Positions 21,101 to 32,616 of a stretch of DNA of 64,000 bases are shown here, one piece after another. Position 1 is the first letter of the stretch. Each line of letters opens with the position of its first letter. The DNA comes from an uncultured Planctomycetia bacterium. GTDB lineage: Bacteria > Omnitrophota > Gorgyraeia > Duberdicusellales > 4484-171. Under the pieces are notes generated by a model that worked only from the letters and a program-made list of their open reading frames with translations, did not search any database and had not been told where the DNA came from. The position numbers and the translations under genes were made by a program. The stretch lies in the NCBI GenBank assembly GCA_964455085.1, contig CAYVYJ010000007.1, forward strand, positions 4,277 through 68,276, given 5' to 3'.

Positions 21101-21938
21101 TTAAAATAATATTGTCGATTAAACGCACTTTTTTAATATACACTGCTAAAGCAATTAATACTTTACCCCTTATTGTAGTAAGCCGCTTGAGGTTATCGGC
21201 ATCTACTAGCTCAATATAATCTATTTTAGCTAACTTTTTATATTTGACAACCTGTTTCATTTGGCCAATTATTTTTTGGCTATTCCTACAACCTCCGCGG
21301 ATGAGCTTCCTTGCTAAAGATAAAGCTTCATAAAGACAGCGGCTATCATCTCGGGCGGAACTATTTAGATAGGCATTCCGCGAACTCATAGCCAAACCAT
21401 CCTCTTCCCTTACTGTCGGAGAAACCCTTAATTTAACCGGAAAGTTAAGATCATCGATTAATCGCTTTACAATCCGAGTTTGCTGATAATCCTTTTGACC
21501 AAAATAAACAATATCCGGCTCAATAATATTAAATAATTTGGCAAGAATAGTAACAACACCCCGGAAATGTCTGGGACGCGACCTTCCGCATAATAGCTTA
21601 CTTAAACTGCCCTCGTCAACATAAACCGAGACCCCTGGAAGATAAATATTGTTCACATTTGGCGAAAATAATAAATCTACTCCTTCTTTCTCAAGGAGCT
21701 TTTTATCGTGAGCGAGGTTTCGCGGGTAGCGACGGTAGTCTTCTTTTGGCCCAAATTGAGTAGGATTTACAAAAATACTTACCACCAAGAAATCACACTC
21801 TTGCCTGGCTCTCTTAACTAAAGAAAGATGGCCTTTATGCAAGGCTCCCATAGTGGGGACAAGACCTATTAGCTCACCCTTCTTTTTATGTCTTCGAGAT
21901 GTTTCCCTTACTCCTTTAATGCTTCCCATAGTAATCAT
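21087..21938 (-). CDS. panC: Pantoate--beta-alanine ligase
   Basis: VPTMGALHKGH, SIFVNPTQF, FGQKDYQQ, GLAMSSRN, RLIDN. Confidence 0.98.
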   Translation of the reverse strand: MITMGSIKGVRETSRRHKKKGELIGLVPTMGALHKGHLSLVKRARQECDFLVVSIFVNPTQFGPKEDYRRYPRNLAHDKKLLEKEGVDLLFSPNVNNIYLPGVSVYVDEGSLSKLLCGRSRPRHFRGVVTILAKLFNIIEPDIVYFGQKDYQQTRIVKRLIDDLNFPVKLRVSPTVREEDGLAMSSRNAYLNSSARDDSRCLYEALSLARKLIRGGCRNSQKIIGQMKQVVKYKKLAKIDYIELVDADNLKRLTTIRGKVLIALAVYIKKVRLIDNIILNVKA

Positions 21939-22387
21939 CTACAATCACACTTACTTCGTAACTCCTCTATTGTTTTAATAAGCTTAGGTTCGATTTCTAA
22001 AAGCGGTCCAATTACAAAGGTCCGTTCCAGCATCCGGGGATGAGGAACTTTAAGATCAGGCTCGTCTATTTCTTCCTCCCCGTAGAGAAGGATGTCTAAA
22101 TCAATTGTTCGAGGCGCATTTTTAAATGGGCGCTTTCTTCCCAAGCGCCCTTCAATAACTTGTAATTGCTGCAATAACTCCCGGGCTCCTAAATTAGTTT
22201 TTATCTTCAAGACTGCGTTTAAATACTTCCCCTTCTGACCCGGAGCATCGTAAGGTTCAGTCTCAATTATCGATGACACTTTCTCAACCCTAATCTCCGG
22301 CGCATTCTCTAAATTATCAATCGCTTGGTTAATATAGTCAATTCTGTCGCCAAGATTAGAACCAGCGCCTATAAAGACAGTTACCAT
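21935..22387 (-). CDS. folK: 6-hydroxymethyl-7,8-dihydropterin pyrophosphokinase
   Basis: GSNLGDR, PRTIDLDILLY, PHPRMLERTFV. Confidence 0.97.
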   Translation of the reverse strand: MVTVFIGAGSNLGDRIDYINQAIDNLENAPEIRVEKVSSIIETEPYDAPGQKGKYLNAVLKIKTNLGARELLQQLQVIEGRLGRKRPFKNAPRTIDLDILLYGEEEIDEPDLKVPHPRMLERTFVIGPLLEIEPKLIKTIEELRSKCDCR

Positions 22388-22392
22388 ATTTA

Positions 22393-23997
22393 CTATTGGG
22401 AAAATTTATTGGTAATCGGCATACGTCTATCTTTACCAAAGGCTCGGGGGGTGATCTTTATGCCTATTGGTGCCTGACGCCGTTTATACTCATTAAAGTC
22501 AACCATCTTGATTACTTTCGCAACTAAACTCTTCTTAAACCCCTTCTTAGCTATCTCATCTGCTGAATAATCTTCTTCCACGTATAGTTTTAAAATCGGG
22601 TCAAGCAGGCTATAGGCTGGAAGACTATCAGTATCCTTCTGATTAGGCCTCAGTTCTGCTGAGGGAGCTCTTTTTATCACTGAACCAGGAATGATTTGTT
22701 GGGAATTAATCTTATTTATATACCTGGCTATTCTGTATACCAACATTTTATATACATCGCTTAAGATCCCAAATCCACCAACCATATCGCCGTAAAGTGT
22801 ACAATAACCGCAAGAAACTTCACTCTTATTACCGGTATTAAGTACCAGATATCCGAATTTGTTGGAAAAAGCCATTAGAATATTTCCACGAATTCTAGCC
22901 TGAAGGTTTTCTTCTGCTTTATGCCTCTTGCCACTACCCAAATAAGGCTTAAGGTCTTTAAGATAAGTTTGTAGTGTCTTATCGATTCTTACTATCGAAT
23001 ATCTTATTCCCAGATTCTTACAAACCTGCTTTGCATCTTGGAGAGTACCTTTAGATGTATAAGCTGAAGGCATAATAAGGCCACATACATTCACTTTGCC
23101 TAAAGCTTCACAAGCCAAAGCAGCCACAACCGCAGAATCAATACCTCCGCTCACACCTACAACCACCTTTTTAAATCCATTCTTCTTAACATAATCATCA
23201 AGGCCCAGCCGTAATGCTGAAAATGCCTCTTCAGCCTCGTTAACAATAACCTTTTTAAGAGGATACTTTCTACTATTATTGAGATTGAAAATAAGTAAGT
23301 CTTCGGAAAATCTCTTGGCAAAGGCAATAAGTTTACCTGAAGGCGAAAAAACCTTGCTGGTTCCATCAAAGACTAGCGCATCCTGGCCTCCTATTAAATT
23401 ACAATAGAACACAAAACTTTTTATTTTCTTAGCAGCATGAGATAAAACCTTCTCTCTAATACTTACCTTACCCAAATGAAATGGCGAAGCAGAGATATTA
23501 ACCACGAAATCAGGAGATTTTTCCCTTAAAGAATTAATAAACTTCTCTTCCCAAATATCTTCACAAATGCTCACTGCGAAAGAAAAGCCTTTAATAGTAT
23601 ATACTGGTAATTTGTTACCCGAAGAAAAGTACCTCTTTTCGTCAAAGACCCCATAATTGGGCAGAATATTTTTCCGGTAAATGCTGTCTATCTTACTGTT
23701 ACGGATTAAAGCACAAGAATTGTATATGGCATCACCTTTCTTATCTACAAAACCAACCAAAACAGCTATGCCTTTGCACTCTTTCTTTATCGAACTTAAA
23801 ACCTGTATATTCTTAGCAATAAAATGGTTTTTTAGGAGTAAATCCTCAGGAGGATATCCCGGTAAGGCTAGTTCAGGAAAGACCACCAAGTCTGCGTCCT
23901 TTTTCTTTGCTTTTCTTATAAAAGCAATGATCTTCGCACAATTCTGCTTTAGGCCTCCAACAGTGGGATTAATTTGGGCTAAGGCAATCTTAATCAT
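22393..23997 (-). CDS. nadE: Glutamine-dependent NAD+ synthetase
   Basis: Nitrilase domain (FPEL, FDEKRYF, ICEDIW) plus SGGIDS, ENLQARIRG, TGNKSE. Confidence 0.97.
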   Translation of the reverse strand: MIKIALAQINPTVGGLKQNCAKIIAFIRKAKKKDADLVVFPELALPGYPPEDLLLKNHFIAKNIQVLSSIKKECKGIAVLVGFVDKKGDAIYNSCALIRNSKIDSIYRKNILPNYGVFDEKRYFSSGNKLPVYTIKGFSFAVSICEDIWEEKFINSLREKSPDFVVNISASPFHLGKVSIREKVLSHAAKKIKSFVFYCNLIGGQDALVFDGTSKVFSPSGKLIAFAKRFSEDLLIFNLNNSRKYPLKKVIVNEAEEAFSALRLGLDDYVKKNGFKKVVVGVSGGIDSAVVAALACEALGKVNVCGLIMPSAYTSKGTLQDAKQVCKNLGIRYSIVRIDKTLQTYLKDLKPYLGSGKRHKAEENLQARIRGNILMAFSNKFGYLVLNTGNKSEVSCGYCTLYGDMVGGFGILSDVYKMLVYRIARYINKINSQQIIPGSVIKRAPSAELRPNQKDTDSLPAYSLLDPILKLYVEEDYSADEIAKKGFKKSLVAKVIKMVDFNEYKRRQAPIGIKITPRAFGKDRRMPITNKFSQ

Positions 23998-24029
23998 AAC
24001 GTTTTATTATACCCCTTTTTCCTGAGTAA

Positions 24030-24782
24030 TCAAGTGAGTCTTCTTCTCCAGCGGAAAAAGAAGAAAATGCTAATAATTATTACGCCTAATGCCATAAACT
24101 GCGAAGTAGAAAGGGAAAAAATCTCACCGCGGGGATCTGCCCGGTAAAACTCAATAATAAACCTAAAAATCCCATAACCAATACAGTAGGAGAGTAAAAT
24201 CTGACCCCTGAACCGCTGCTTCTTCCCTAAGAATAAGAGTAGCCAAAATATAAAAAACAGGAAAGTTGCGGAAATCAACTGGGTAGGAATAACTGGCATT
24301 CCAAATAAACCAGCCGGAGCCTCTGGCGGGAATAGGACTCCTAAGCCGGAAGTTGTCACTGCGCCATAGCAACACCCGTAATAAAAGCAACCGATTCGAC
24401 CTAAAGCATGCCCTAAAGGGATACCCAGGGCTGCAATATCTGCAGACTTTAAAAAACTTATCTTATACTTTTTGGTTAAAATGAAAACAGTCAAAATTCC
24501 CGAAATAAGCCCTCCGTAGAAGACAAAACCGCTACGGCTGAAAATAACTCCCAGAGGGTTATTTAAAAACCGCCTCCACTCGACCAGGATATAGAAGGCT
24601 CTTGCTCCTAAAAAACCAAAGATTAATGCCCAGAAAAAAATATTTGAAAAAATCTTTTCAGGAACACCTTCTTCCTTCGCCGCCCGCCTGCAGACAAAAT
24701 ATCCAGCGGCCACACCTAAGAATATAAAAACCCCGTAGGTATAAATAGTGATGGGACCTAATTTAAACAATATTGGATACAT
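24030..24782 (-). CDS. lgt: Prolipoprotein diacylglyceryl transferase
   Basis: MYPILFKLGP, GFVFYGG, GRIGC, RFIIEFYRADPRG; start at ATG 24782. Confidence 0.95.
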   Translation of the reverse strand: MYPILFKLGPITIYTYGVFIFLGVAAGYFVCRRAAKEEGVPEKIFSNIFFWALIFGFLGARAFYILVEWRRFLNNPLGVIFSRSGFVFYGGLISGILTVFILTKKYKISFLKSADIAALGIPLGHALGRIGCFYYGCCYGAVTTSGLGVLFPPEAPAGLFGMPVIPTQLISATFLFFIFWLLLFLGKKQRFRGQILLSYCIGYGIFRFIIEFYRADPRGEIFSLSTSQFMALGVIIISIFFFFRWRRRLT

Positions 24783-25692
24783 TATAAAAGGCTCCTTGGG
24801 AACTCTGGCGTCTTTTAAACTCTGCCTCAATTATTCGTATTACCCGCTCTTTATCATTGACCCAAGCCGGAGTAATCAAAAACTTAGGATCAGCCTCGGA
24901 TACTAACCGTAATATGACGTAATTTTCGGGTAACTGCTCTAAAAAACTAACCAGAATGTCAGTATACTCATCGATGGATAAAAGTTTTACTTTGTATCGC
25001 TTATGCATATCGGCCAGCGTCGTATCCTTAACTATATGTAAAGCATGAAATTTTATTCCCCAGAGCGGCATATTAGCCAAAACCTTAGCAGTATTAAGCG
25101 CATCTTCCTTGTTTTCACCGGGCAGGCCTAAAATAACATGCACGCCTATGTTTATATTGGGACGCCTGGCAGTTAACTCTACTGCTTTTTGAAAACTGCT
25201 AAAAGTATGCTTGCGATTGATAAGTTTTAAGGTTTTATCATGAATGGTCTGCAAACCATACTCAATATAAACCTTATAGTCATTACTAAACTCTTCAATC
25301 AAGTCAAGCTTCTCTTGATCAATACAATCCGGCCGGGTAGATATGGCGATTCCCACAAAATCATCAAACTTTCTAATCAGATTATATTGCTTTCGTAAAA
25401 AATCAATATCTCCATAGGTGTTAGAAAAACTCTGAAAATAAGCAATATATTTTTTAGCTTTGAAACGTTGTCGGGCCCTTGCTTTCCCTTGAATAATTTG
25501 TTCTTCCAGGCTTAAAGGGGGTAGGCGCCGGAAGCGGCTGAAAGCCCGGTTATTACAAAATATACAGCCTTGGGAGTCTAAGGTTCCGTCTAAGTTTGGG
25601 CAGTTAAATCCGGCATCGAGACTTATCCGGTGAACTCTCTGGCCAAATTCTTCTCTTAGGTAACGGTTAAAAGTGTAAATATACTTATCCAT
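24763..25692 (-). CDS. TIGR01212 (YhcC/YtqA) family radical SAM protein
   Basis: DAGFNCPNLDG...GCIFC, AYFQSFSNTY, STRPDC, EYGLQT, HVILGLPGE. Confidence 0.92.
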   Translation of the reverse strand: MDKYIYTFNRYLREEFGQRVHRISLDAGFNCPNLDGTLDSQGCIFCNNRAFSRFRRLPPLSLEEQIIQGKARARQRFKAKKYIAYFQSFSNTYGDIDFLRKQYNLIRKFDDFVGIAISTRPDCIDQEKLDLIEEFSNDYKVYIEYGLQTIHDKTLKLINRKHTFSSFQKAVELTARRPNINIGVHVILGLPGENKEDALNTAKVLANMPLWGIKFHALHIVKDTTLADMHKRYKVKLLSIDEYTDILVSFLEQLPENYVILRLVSEADPKFLITPAWVNDKERVIRIIEAEFKRRQSSQGAFYNVSNIV

Positions 25693-26227
25693 CTTTAGAA
25701 TTCCCTAAACTATACCGACAACCACAATAATCCTGGCGGTAAAGATTTAGATTCTTCGCAGCGATAATGCTTTTTTTAAAACCATCTTGCTTTTTAAAAT
25801 CAAAAGCTAAAAATTTGTCCCGGCCGATATTCCGGCCAATTTCGATAATCGCCAAAGAAGACTTATGCGGGCTAATGCTTAAGGAGGTAGTAAAATAATC
25901 ATATCCTTCCTTGAGCATGATTTGAAAAGTCTGCTCCATTCTTAACTTATAGCATAACCGACAACGTTTTTGACCTTCTTTATCCTGACTATGTCCGGCT
26001 ATGGCCTTCTGCCAATCACTAGGTTTATAATCGCCTTCAGTCATTCCCACAGATAAAGTCTTTGCCACAACCTCTGCGGCTTGTTTACGCCTCTGGTATT
26101 CAGCTTGCGGCTGAATATTAGGGTTGAAAAAGAAAGCGGCAGGAGAAAACCCTTCTTCCTTCAATCTTTCGATACAGGCATAAGCACAAACACCGCAACA
26201 AATATGAACCAGGATCTTCTTAAGCAT
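25685..26227 (-). CDS. queH: Epoxyqueuosine reductase QueH
   Basis: HICCGVC, FFNPNIQP, RCRLCY, SISPHK, YRQDYCGC. Confidence 0.92.
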   Translation of the reverse strand: MLKKILVHICCGVCAYACIERLKEEGFSPAAFFFNPNIQPQAEYQRRKQAAEVVAKTLSVGMTEGDYKPSDWQKAIAGHSQDKEGQKRCRLCYKLRMEQTFQIMLKEGYDYFTTSLSISPHKSSLAIIEIGRNIGRDKFLAFDFKKQDGFKKSIIAAKNLNLYRQDYCGCRYSLGNSKDG

Positions 26228-26239
26228 AAATATCAAGAG

Positions 26240-27022
26240 TTATAGTTCAAAGTAGTCTTTCATGGTAACAAACTTTACCTGTTCTTGAAGAAGAGGTAGT
26301 TGTCTTTTTAGAAATTTCAGGGTGTTCTTCTTGGGGTGAACAATAATAATTATCTTTCCTTTGTTCTTAGCTAAAGCAACTAACTCTTTCATTCTTTCTT
26401 CCATTACGCTGATATTATCTACGGCATCAAGGAATCCCTGATTGTAGCCACAAATTAAATCTAGTTTTCGGGCTTCTTCGTAGGCAATAGACTGAAGCGA
26501 AGTCCGGCTATCAACAAAAATTAGCCCTCTTTTCCGCACCTCCACCAGAATCGTTTTCATTAGTCGCCGGTCTTCGGTGGCCCGCGAACCCATATGATTA
26601 TTAACCCCGATGGCTATCCGTATCGAGTTAAGATATTGTCTCAAAAGAGATGTTATCTCGCGCTTGCTTAAATCTCTGGTAATAAATCTATACTTGTCTG
26701 TTCTATAGCTCTCTTCACCAGCTGGCTCAAGGGGAAGATGGATAAATACTGAAAAACCGCAGCGTGACCCGATATGGGCGATATTTTTTGAAAACTTTAA
26801 ATTAGGAATTACAGAAACTGTCAGAGGGATATTTAAAGAATAGATTTCCTTTAAATCACTTAAGCTTTCACCTAAATCATCGAATATCAAAGCAATCTTC
26901 GGCAATTGACTATTCCGACCCTTAATAAGGTTAAAATTACTATTCTTGTTTAGGGCGTTATAAAAAATTATCGGAGTAATGATTAGGAGGATGAGCAGAG
27001 CTATTCGTAAACTTTTAGCCAT
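26240..27022 (-). CDS. Divergent polysaccharide deacetylase (YibQ-like)
   Basis: IALIFDDLG, HLPLEP, GVNNHMGS, FVDSRT. Confidence 0.9.
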   Translation of the reverse strand: MAKSLRIALLILLIITPIIFYNALNKNSNFNLIKGRNSQLPKIALIFDDLGESLSDLKEIYSLNIPLTVSVIPNLKFSKNIAHIGSRCGFSVFIHLPLEPAGEESYRTDKYRFITRDLSKREITSLLRQYLNSIRIAIGVNNHMGSRATEDRRLMKTILVEVRKRGLIFVDSRTSLQSIAYEEARKLDLICGYNQGFLDAVDNISVMEERMKELVALAKNKGKIIIIVHPKKNTLKFLKRQLPLLQEQVKFVTMKDYFEL

Positions 27023-27644
27023 TGAACAATTTCATAAATTCAACATAACTTTTAGCAGGATTCGCACTCTTCAAAATCGCACTCCCCACACATATATAAT
27101 CAACTCCCGAGCGCTTTATCTCAACCAGATTATCGCTTTTTATACCGCCATCAACTCCGACTTGCATCCGAGGATAGCAATCTTTAAAATTTCTTATCTT
27201 CTCTGTGACTCGGGGAATAAATGCTGCTCCGTAAAAACCCGGATCAACCGATAAAAAAAGAATTGTGTCCACCTCACTGACCAGAGACTGAAATTCATCA
27301 ACCGCAGTAGAGGGATTTATCGCCAGCCCTACTCTTAAATCCAGTGCTTTAATTTTAGCAATGGTCTCCTGATGTTGGTCTACAGCTTCGAAGTGATAGA
27401 TTATTTTCTCAACACCCAAAGCTTTAAATGCCGGGAGCCAAGCACAAGGATCAGAGACCATAAGATGGGCTTCACCTCGAAGCGGAAGTTTCCAACCTTT
27501 TAGATCTGAGAGCTTAACGCTTTGAGAAGGAACAAATTCACCATCCATAATATCTATTTGCAGATAATCAGTAAAGGTTGCACAGAGATCAACCATTCGG
27601 ATGAGTTCATCTTTTTTGTCAGTAAGTAACGCTGGCACAATCAT
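27015..27644 (-). CDS. rpe: Ribulose-phosphate 3-epimerase
   Basis: DIMDGEFVP, EAHLMV, SVDPGFYG, VDGGI, VGSAI. Confidence 0.93.
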   Translation of the reverse strand: MIVPALLTDKKDELIRMVDLCATFTDYLQIDIMDGEFVPSQSVKLSDLKGWKLPLRGEAHLMVSDPCAWLPAFKALGVEKIIYHFEAVDQHQETIAKIKALDLRVGLAINPSTAVDEFQSLVSEVDTILFLSVDPGFYGAAFIPRVTEKIRNFKDCYPRMQVGVDGGIKSDNLVEIKRSGVDYICVGSAILKSANPAKSYVEFMKLFNG

Positions 27645-27919
27645 CTTTTAATAAGTTTTTTGTAAACACAGAGGTAATCTTTCTTCCAACGGGTATGAAA
27701 TATCTCTTTTACCGGAACACACTTAAATTCCTCATTCTTAATGCTCTTTCGTCTACCAAATCTCCCGGTGTAAATCTTGCAATAAAACTTACCCCGCCTA
27801 TCCTTGACTAGATGTAAGCAAGGATCATCATAGGCACCGCAGCATCCGCCGCAGCGCCCACATAAACTCTCCCATTCTTTGGCTTTTTTTTCTAAATACT
27901 TGTAATAGTCTTTGGGCAC
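27641..27919 (-). CDS. YkgJ-like CxxCxxCC cysteine cluster protein
   Basis: CGRCGGCC...PCLHL...CKIY..R. Confidence 0.75.
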   Translation of the reverse strand: MPKDYYKYLEKKAKEWESLCGRCGGCCGAYDDPCLHLVKDRRGKFYCKIYTGRFGRRKSIKNEEFKCVPVKEIFHTRWKKDYLCVYKKLIKR

Positions 27920-27962
27920 GGTTTAATTAAGACTAAATTTTTTATTCTTAGCAAAATCACAA

Positions 27963-30074
27963 TTATTTAAATAAGCTGAAAGTAATAACTATGCCGCTAA
28001 AGACTATCGAGACCATAGACATTAGTTTAATTAATATATTTAAAGAAGGACCGGCAGTATCTTTAAAAGGATCGCCCACAGTATCACCGCTAACTGCTGC
28101 TTTGTGTGAAGGTGAGCCTTTTCCGTCTAAATTCCCTTCTTCAATATACTTCTTGGCATTATCCCAGGCACCTCCGGAATTTGCCATCATTATTGCCAGA
28201 ACAAATCCTGAAGATAAAGCACCAACCAAAAGGCCAATTTCACCTTTTACCCCCAATAATAAACCAATAATAATCGGAGTAATAATCGCTAAAAGCGAAG
28301 GAAGAACCATCTCCTGCTGAGCAGCCCTGGTAGTCAAAGCAACACATCTTGAATAATCAGCTTTTTCTTTACCGTCTAATAAACCTTTTATTTGGTGAAA
28401 CTGTCGGCGGACCTCTTCAATAATTGCCCCGGCAGTTCTACCTACTGCCTTTAAAGATAAGGAACAGAAAACAAAAGGCATCATTGCACCAATAAATATA
28501 CCAACAAGAACATTGGGGTTAAGCAAACTTAAATCCATATTTACTACCTTACCTAACCGCACTGCTTCGTGTAGGATATGATCCTTGTAGGCAACTATTA
28601 AGGCCAGGGCCGTTAAAGCAGCTGAACCAATAGCAAAACCTTTGCCAGTAGCAGCTGTGGTGTTACCTAAAGAATCCAACTGATCAGTTCTTTTTCTTAC
28701 CTCCGGCGCCAATTCAGCCATTTCCGCTATTCCACCGGCATTATCAGCAATCGGTCCATAAGCATCAGTGGCTAAGGTTATCCCCAGGGTAGAAAGCATC
28801 CCTACAGCTGATATGCCTACTCCGTAAAGTCCCATGCCAAAATTGGTAAATCCTCCATTTACCGCAAAGCTGGCTAAAATCGCACCACCAACTGTAAGCA
28901 CTGCTCCCACCGGAGAAAGCATGCCCAGAGCGATTCCTTCAATAATCAGCGTTGCCGGGCCAGTTTTAGCAGTCTTAGCCAAAGTTTTAGTTGGTTTATA
29001 CCCGGCCGAGGTAAAGAATTCTGTAAACTGACCGATTAACACTCCGGCAATCAGTCCAATTACCACCGACCAAAAGACGCCTAGATATTCTCTACCCAAA
29101 ACAGACCAAACAACCAAGAAAGAAAAAACAATAACTAACCCTGAGGCTGTCCAAACCCCTTTTCGTAGGGCCTTAAGCAGTCCTTTCTGGTTAGACCCTT
29201 CCTTAGTTTGAACAAAGAAATAACCAATTAGCGAGGCAATAACCCCGCAGACTGCCATAAGCATAGGAGTAATGACTCCTTTTAGTCCTAACCCGGCAGC
29301 AGCAGCTAAGGCCATTGTGGCAACTATAGAATCAACATAAGACTCATATAAATCCGCGCCCATACCTGCAACATCACCAACATTATCTCCCACTTGATCA
29401 GCAATAACCGCCGGGTTCCTAGGATCATCTTCGGGGATTCCAGCCTCAACTTTACCGACTAAATCTGCCCCGACATCAGCAGCTTTAGTATATATTCCTC
29501 CCCCTAAACGGGCAAAAAGAGCGTAACTGGATGCTCCCATGCCGAAACAAAGCATGGTAGAAGTTATGGCAGTCAGCAAATTACTACCAGCTGGCAGAGG
29601 ATTGCTAGAGTAATACCACTTTAGAATAACAAACCAAGTTGCCATCTCTAAAAGCCCCAACCCTACTACCATAAGGCCCATAACTGTTCCCCCGCTAAAA
29701 GCGACTCTCAATCCTTTATTTAAACTCTGCCCAGCAGCAAAGGCAGTACGAGCATTTGACTTTGTGGCCACATACATACCTAGCCAGCCGCAAAAGCCAG
29801 AAAAAAGGCCTCCGGTAAGAAAAGCAAAGGGAACAAATATAACCAAAAATCCCTTTACAGCCATGGTTAAAAGAATGCAAAAAACAATTAAAAAGAAGAT
29901 CGAAACAACTTTATACTGCTGCTTAAGATATCCCCTTGCTCCTTCAAAAACATAACGGGATATTAGCTGCATCTTATCCGTACCTTGAGGCTGCCTGAGT
30001 ATCCAACCGATTAGATATCCACAAAAACTTAAAGCCAGTAACGAACCGGCAAAAACAAATATAACTGGATCCAT
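27963..30074 (-). CDS. hppA: Membrane pyrophosphatase, K+-dependent, probably Na+-translocating
   Basis: [52 protein letters not shown]. Confidence 0.95.
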   Translation of the reverse strand: MDPVIFVFAGSLLALSFCGYLIGWILRQPQGTDKMQLISRYVFEGARGYLKQQYKVVSIFFLIVFCILLTMAVKGFLVIFVPFAFLTGGLFSGFCGWLGMYVATKSNARTAFAAGQSLNKGLRVAFSGGTVMGLMVVGLGLLEMATWFVILKWYYSSNPLPAGSNLLTAITSTMLCFGMGASSYALFARLGGGIYTKAADVGADLVGKVEAGIPEDDPRNPAVIADQVGDNVGDVAGMGADLYESYVDSIVATMALAAAAGLGLKGVITPMLMAVCGVIASLIGYFFVQTKEGSNQKGLLKALRKGVWTASGLVIVFSFLVVWSVLGREYLGVFWSVVIGLIAGVLIGQFTEFFTSAGYKPTKTLAKTAKTGPATLIIEGIALGMLSPVGAVLTVGGAILASFAVNGGFTNFGMGLYGVGISAVGMLSTLGITLATDAYGPIADNAGGIAEMAELAPEVRKRTDQLDSLGNTTAATGKGFAIGSAALTALALIVAYKDHILHEAVRLGKVVNMDLSLLNPNVLVGIFIGAMMPFVFCSLSLKAVGRTAGAIIEEVRRQFHQIKGLLDGKEKADYSRCVALTTRAAQQEMVLPSLLAIITPIIIGLLLGVKGEIGLLVGALSSGFVLAIMMANSGGAWDNAKKYIEEGNLDGKGSPSHKAAVSGDTVGDPFKDTAGPSLNILIKLMSMVSIVFSGIVITFSLFK

Positions 30075-30088
30075 TAAACTACTCCTTT

Positions 30089-31348
<1,260 letters not shown>

Positions 31349-32578
31349 TTAGGCTTCCATAGCAAAAATCTTCTTAGCAATATCCGGATATTGAGCTACA
31401 AATCTTAGCTCATCTTCGACTAAAGGTTTTTGGTTATGAACATTAGCGTAACGCGCCAGCTCCAGTATTTTCCGGGCTTCTTTATCATCCTTAAACTTTA
31501 TTGCCAGACGGTCGTAAACATTGCGAAAACCTTTTATCCCCGAATACTCTCCCACGGTAATTTTTCTACCCGTATCGATAACTTCCGGTTCACCCCTTCC
31601 TAGCTCCTCATAATTGTATAATTCATAATTTCTTCTGTCCTTTAAGGCACCATCGGCATGAATCCCTGATTCATGGGCAAAAGCATTTGCCCCTACGCCA
31701 GGATGATTTATTGGTACATCTAGGCCGAAAGCATAAGCAGCATAGCGGCTTATCATCCAAGCTTTCTTCAAAGTTACCTTAGGATCAAGCTTATACTTCC
31801 CCATACCGCTACCATATTTAATAGCCAGAATAACACTAACTAAATCAGCATTGCCGGCTCGCTCACCCACACCATTCACACAAGTATTAATATAAGCATC
31901 AACACCGTTATCTACCACTGCCCTGGCTCCCGAAATTGAATTTCCCACTACCAACCCTAAATCATTGTGGCAATGAATTTCTGTGGCTATCTTTACCTGG
32001 CTCAAAATAGCCGCTAACCTCTCGTAAATCGAAAAGGGGGTATCAAAGCCCAAAGTATCACAATATCTGAACCGGTCAGCACCGGCCTCTTTAGCTGCCT
32101 GGGCAAATTCAACAAGATACTCTAGATTGGAACGAGAAGCATCCTCGGCATTAACTCCTATAGCCTTTGCGCCTAGTTTTTTTGCTATCTTTACCGCGCT
32201 TGCCATACTCTTAATAACTCCTTTATGATCAAGTTTGCCCTGAAATTTATGCTCAATCATCTGATCAGAGGTTGAAATCGAAAGATTTAGGTATTTAATC
32301 TCCGGGGTTTTAGTAAAAGCACTTTCCACATCTGATTTTATGGCTCGAATCCAACCAGAAAGCCGCAAATTTTTTATCACTTTCTTACGAACCAGCTCTA
32401 AATTAGCATTGAGATAGTTAGTTTCATGAGCAGTAGTGGGAAACCCAAACTCACTTTGGAATACTCCCATTTGATCAAGGTAGAGATTAATCATTGTTTT
32501 TTGCAACTTAGATAGACATATCCGTGATGTCTGTACTCCATCACGGTTAGTAACATCAATGAGATAAATTTTAGCCAT
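31349..32578 (-). CDS. DRE-TIM metallolyase (homocitrate synthase/Re-citrate synthase-like)
   Basis: DVTNRDGVQ, EIHCHNDLG, NGVGERAGNA, AHESGIHADG; no LeuA regulatory domain. Confidence 0.85.
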   Translation of the reverse strand: MAKIYLIDVTNRDGVQTSRICLSKLQKTMINLYLDQMGVFQSEFGFPTTAHETNYLNANLELVRKKVIKNLRLSGWIRAIKSDVESAFTKTPEIKYLNLSISTSDQMIEHKFQGKLDHKGVIKSMASAVKIAKKLGAKAIGVNAEDASRSNLEYLVEFAQAAKEAGADRFRYCDTLGFDTPFSIYERLAAILSQVKIATEIHCHNDLGLVVGNSISGARAVVDNGVDAYINTCVNGVGERAGNADLVSVILAIKYGSGMGKYKLDPKVTLKKAWMISRYAAYAFGLDVPINHPGVGANAFAHESGIHADGALKDRRNYELYNYEELGRGEPEVIDTGRKITVGEYSGIKGFRNVYDRLAIKFKDDKEARKILELARYANVHNQKPLVEDELRFVAQYPDIAKKIFAMEA

Positions 32579-32591
32579 TATTTTCCCCCTT

Positions 32592-32616
32592 GTTTGCCGA
32601 TAGGCAAACTTTTTTT
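32592..32616 (+). terminator. Hairpin with T-run on the antisense (+) strand
   Basis: GTTTGCC-GATA-GGCAAAC followed by TTTTTTT. Confidence 0.4.
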
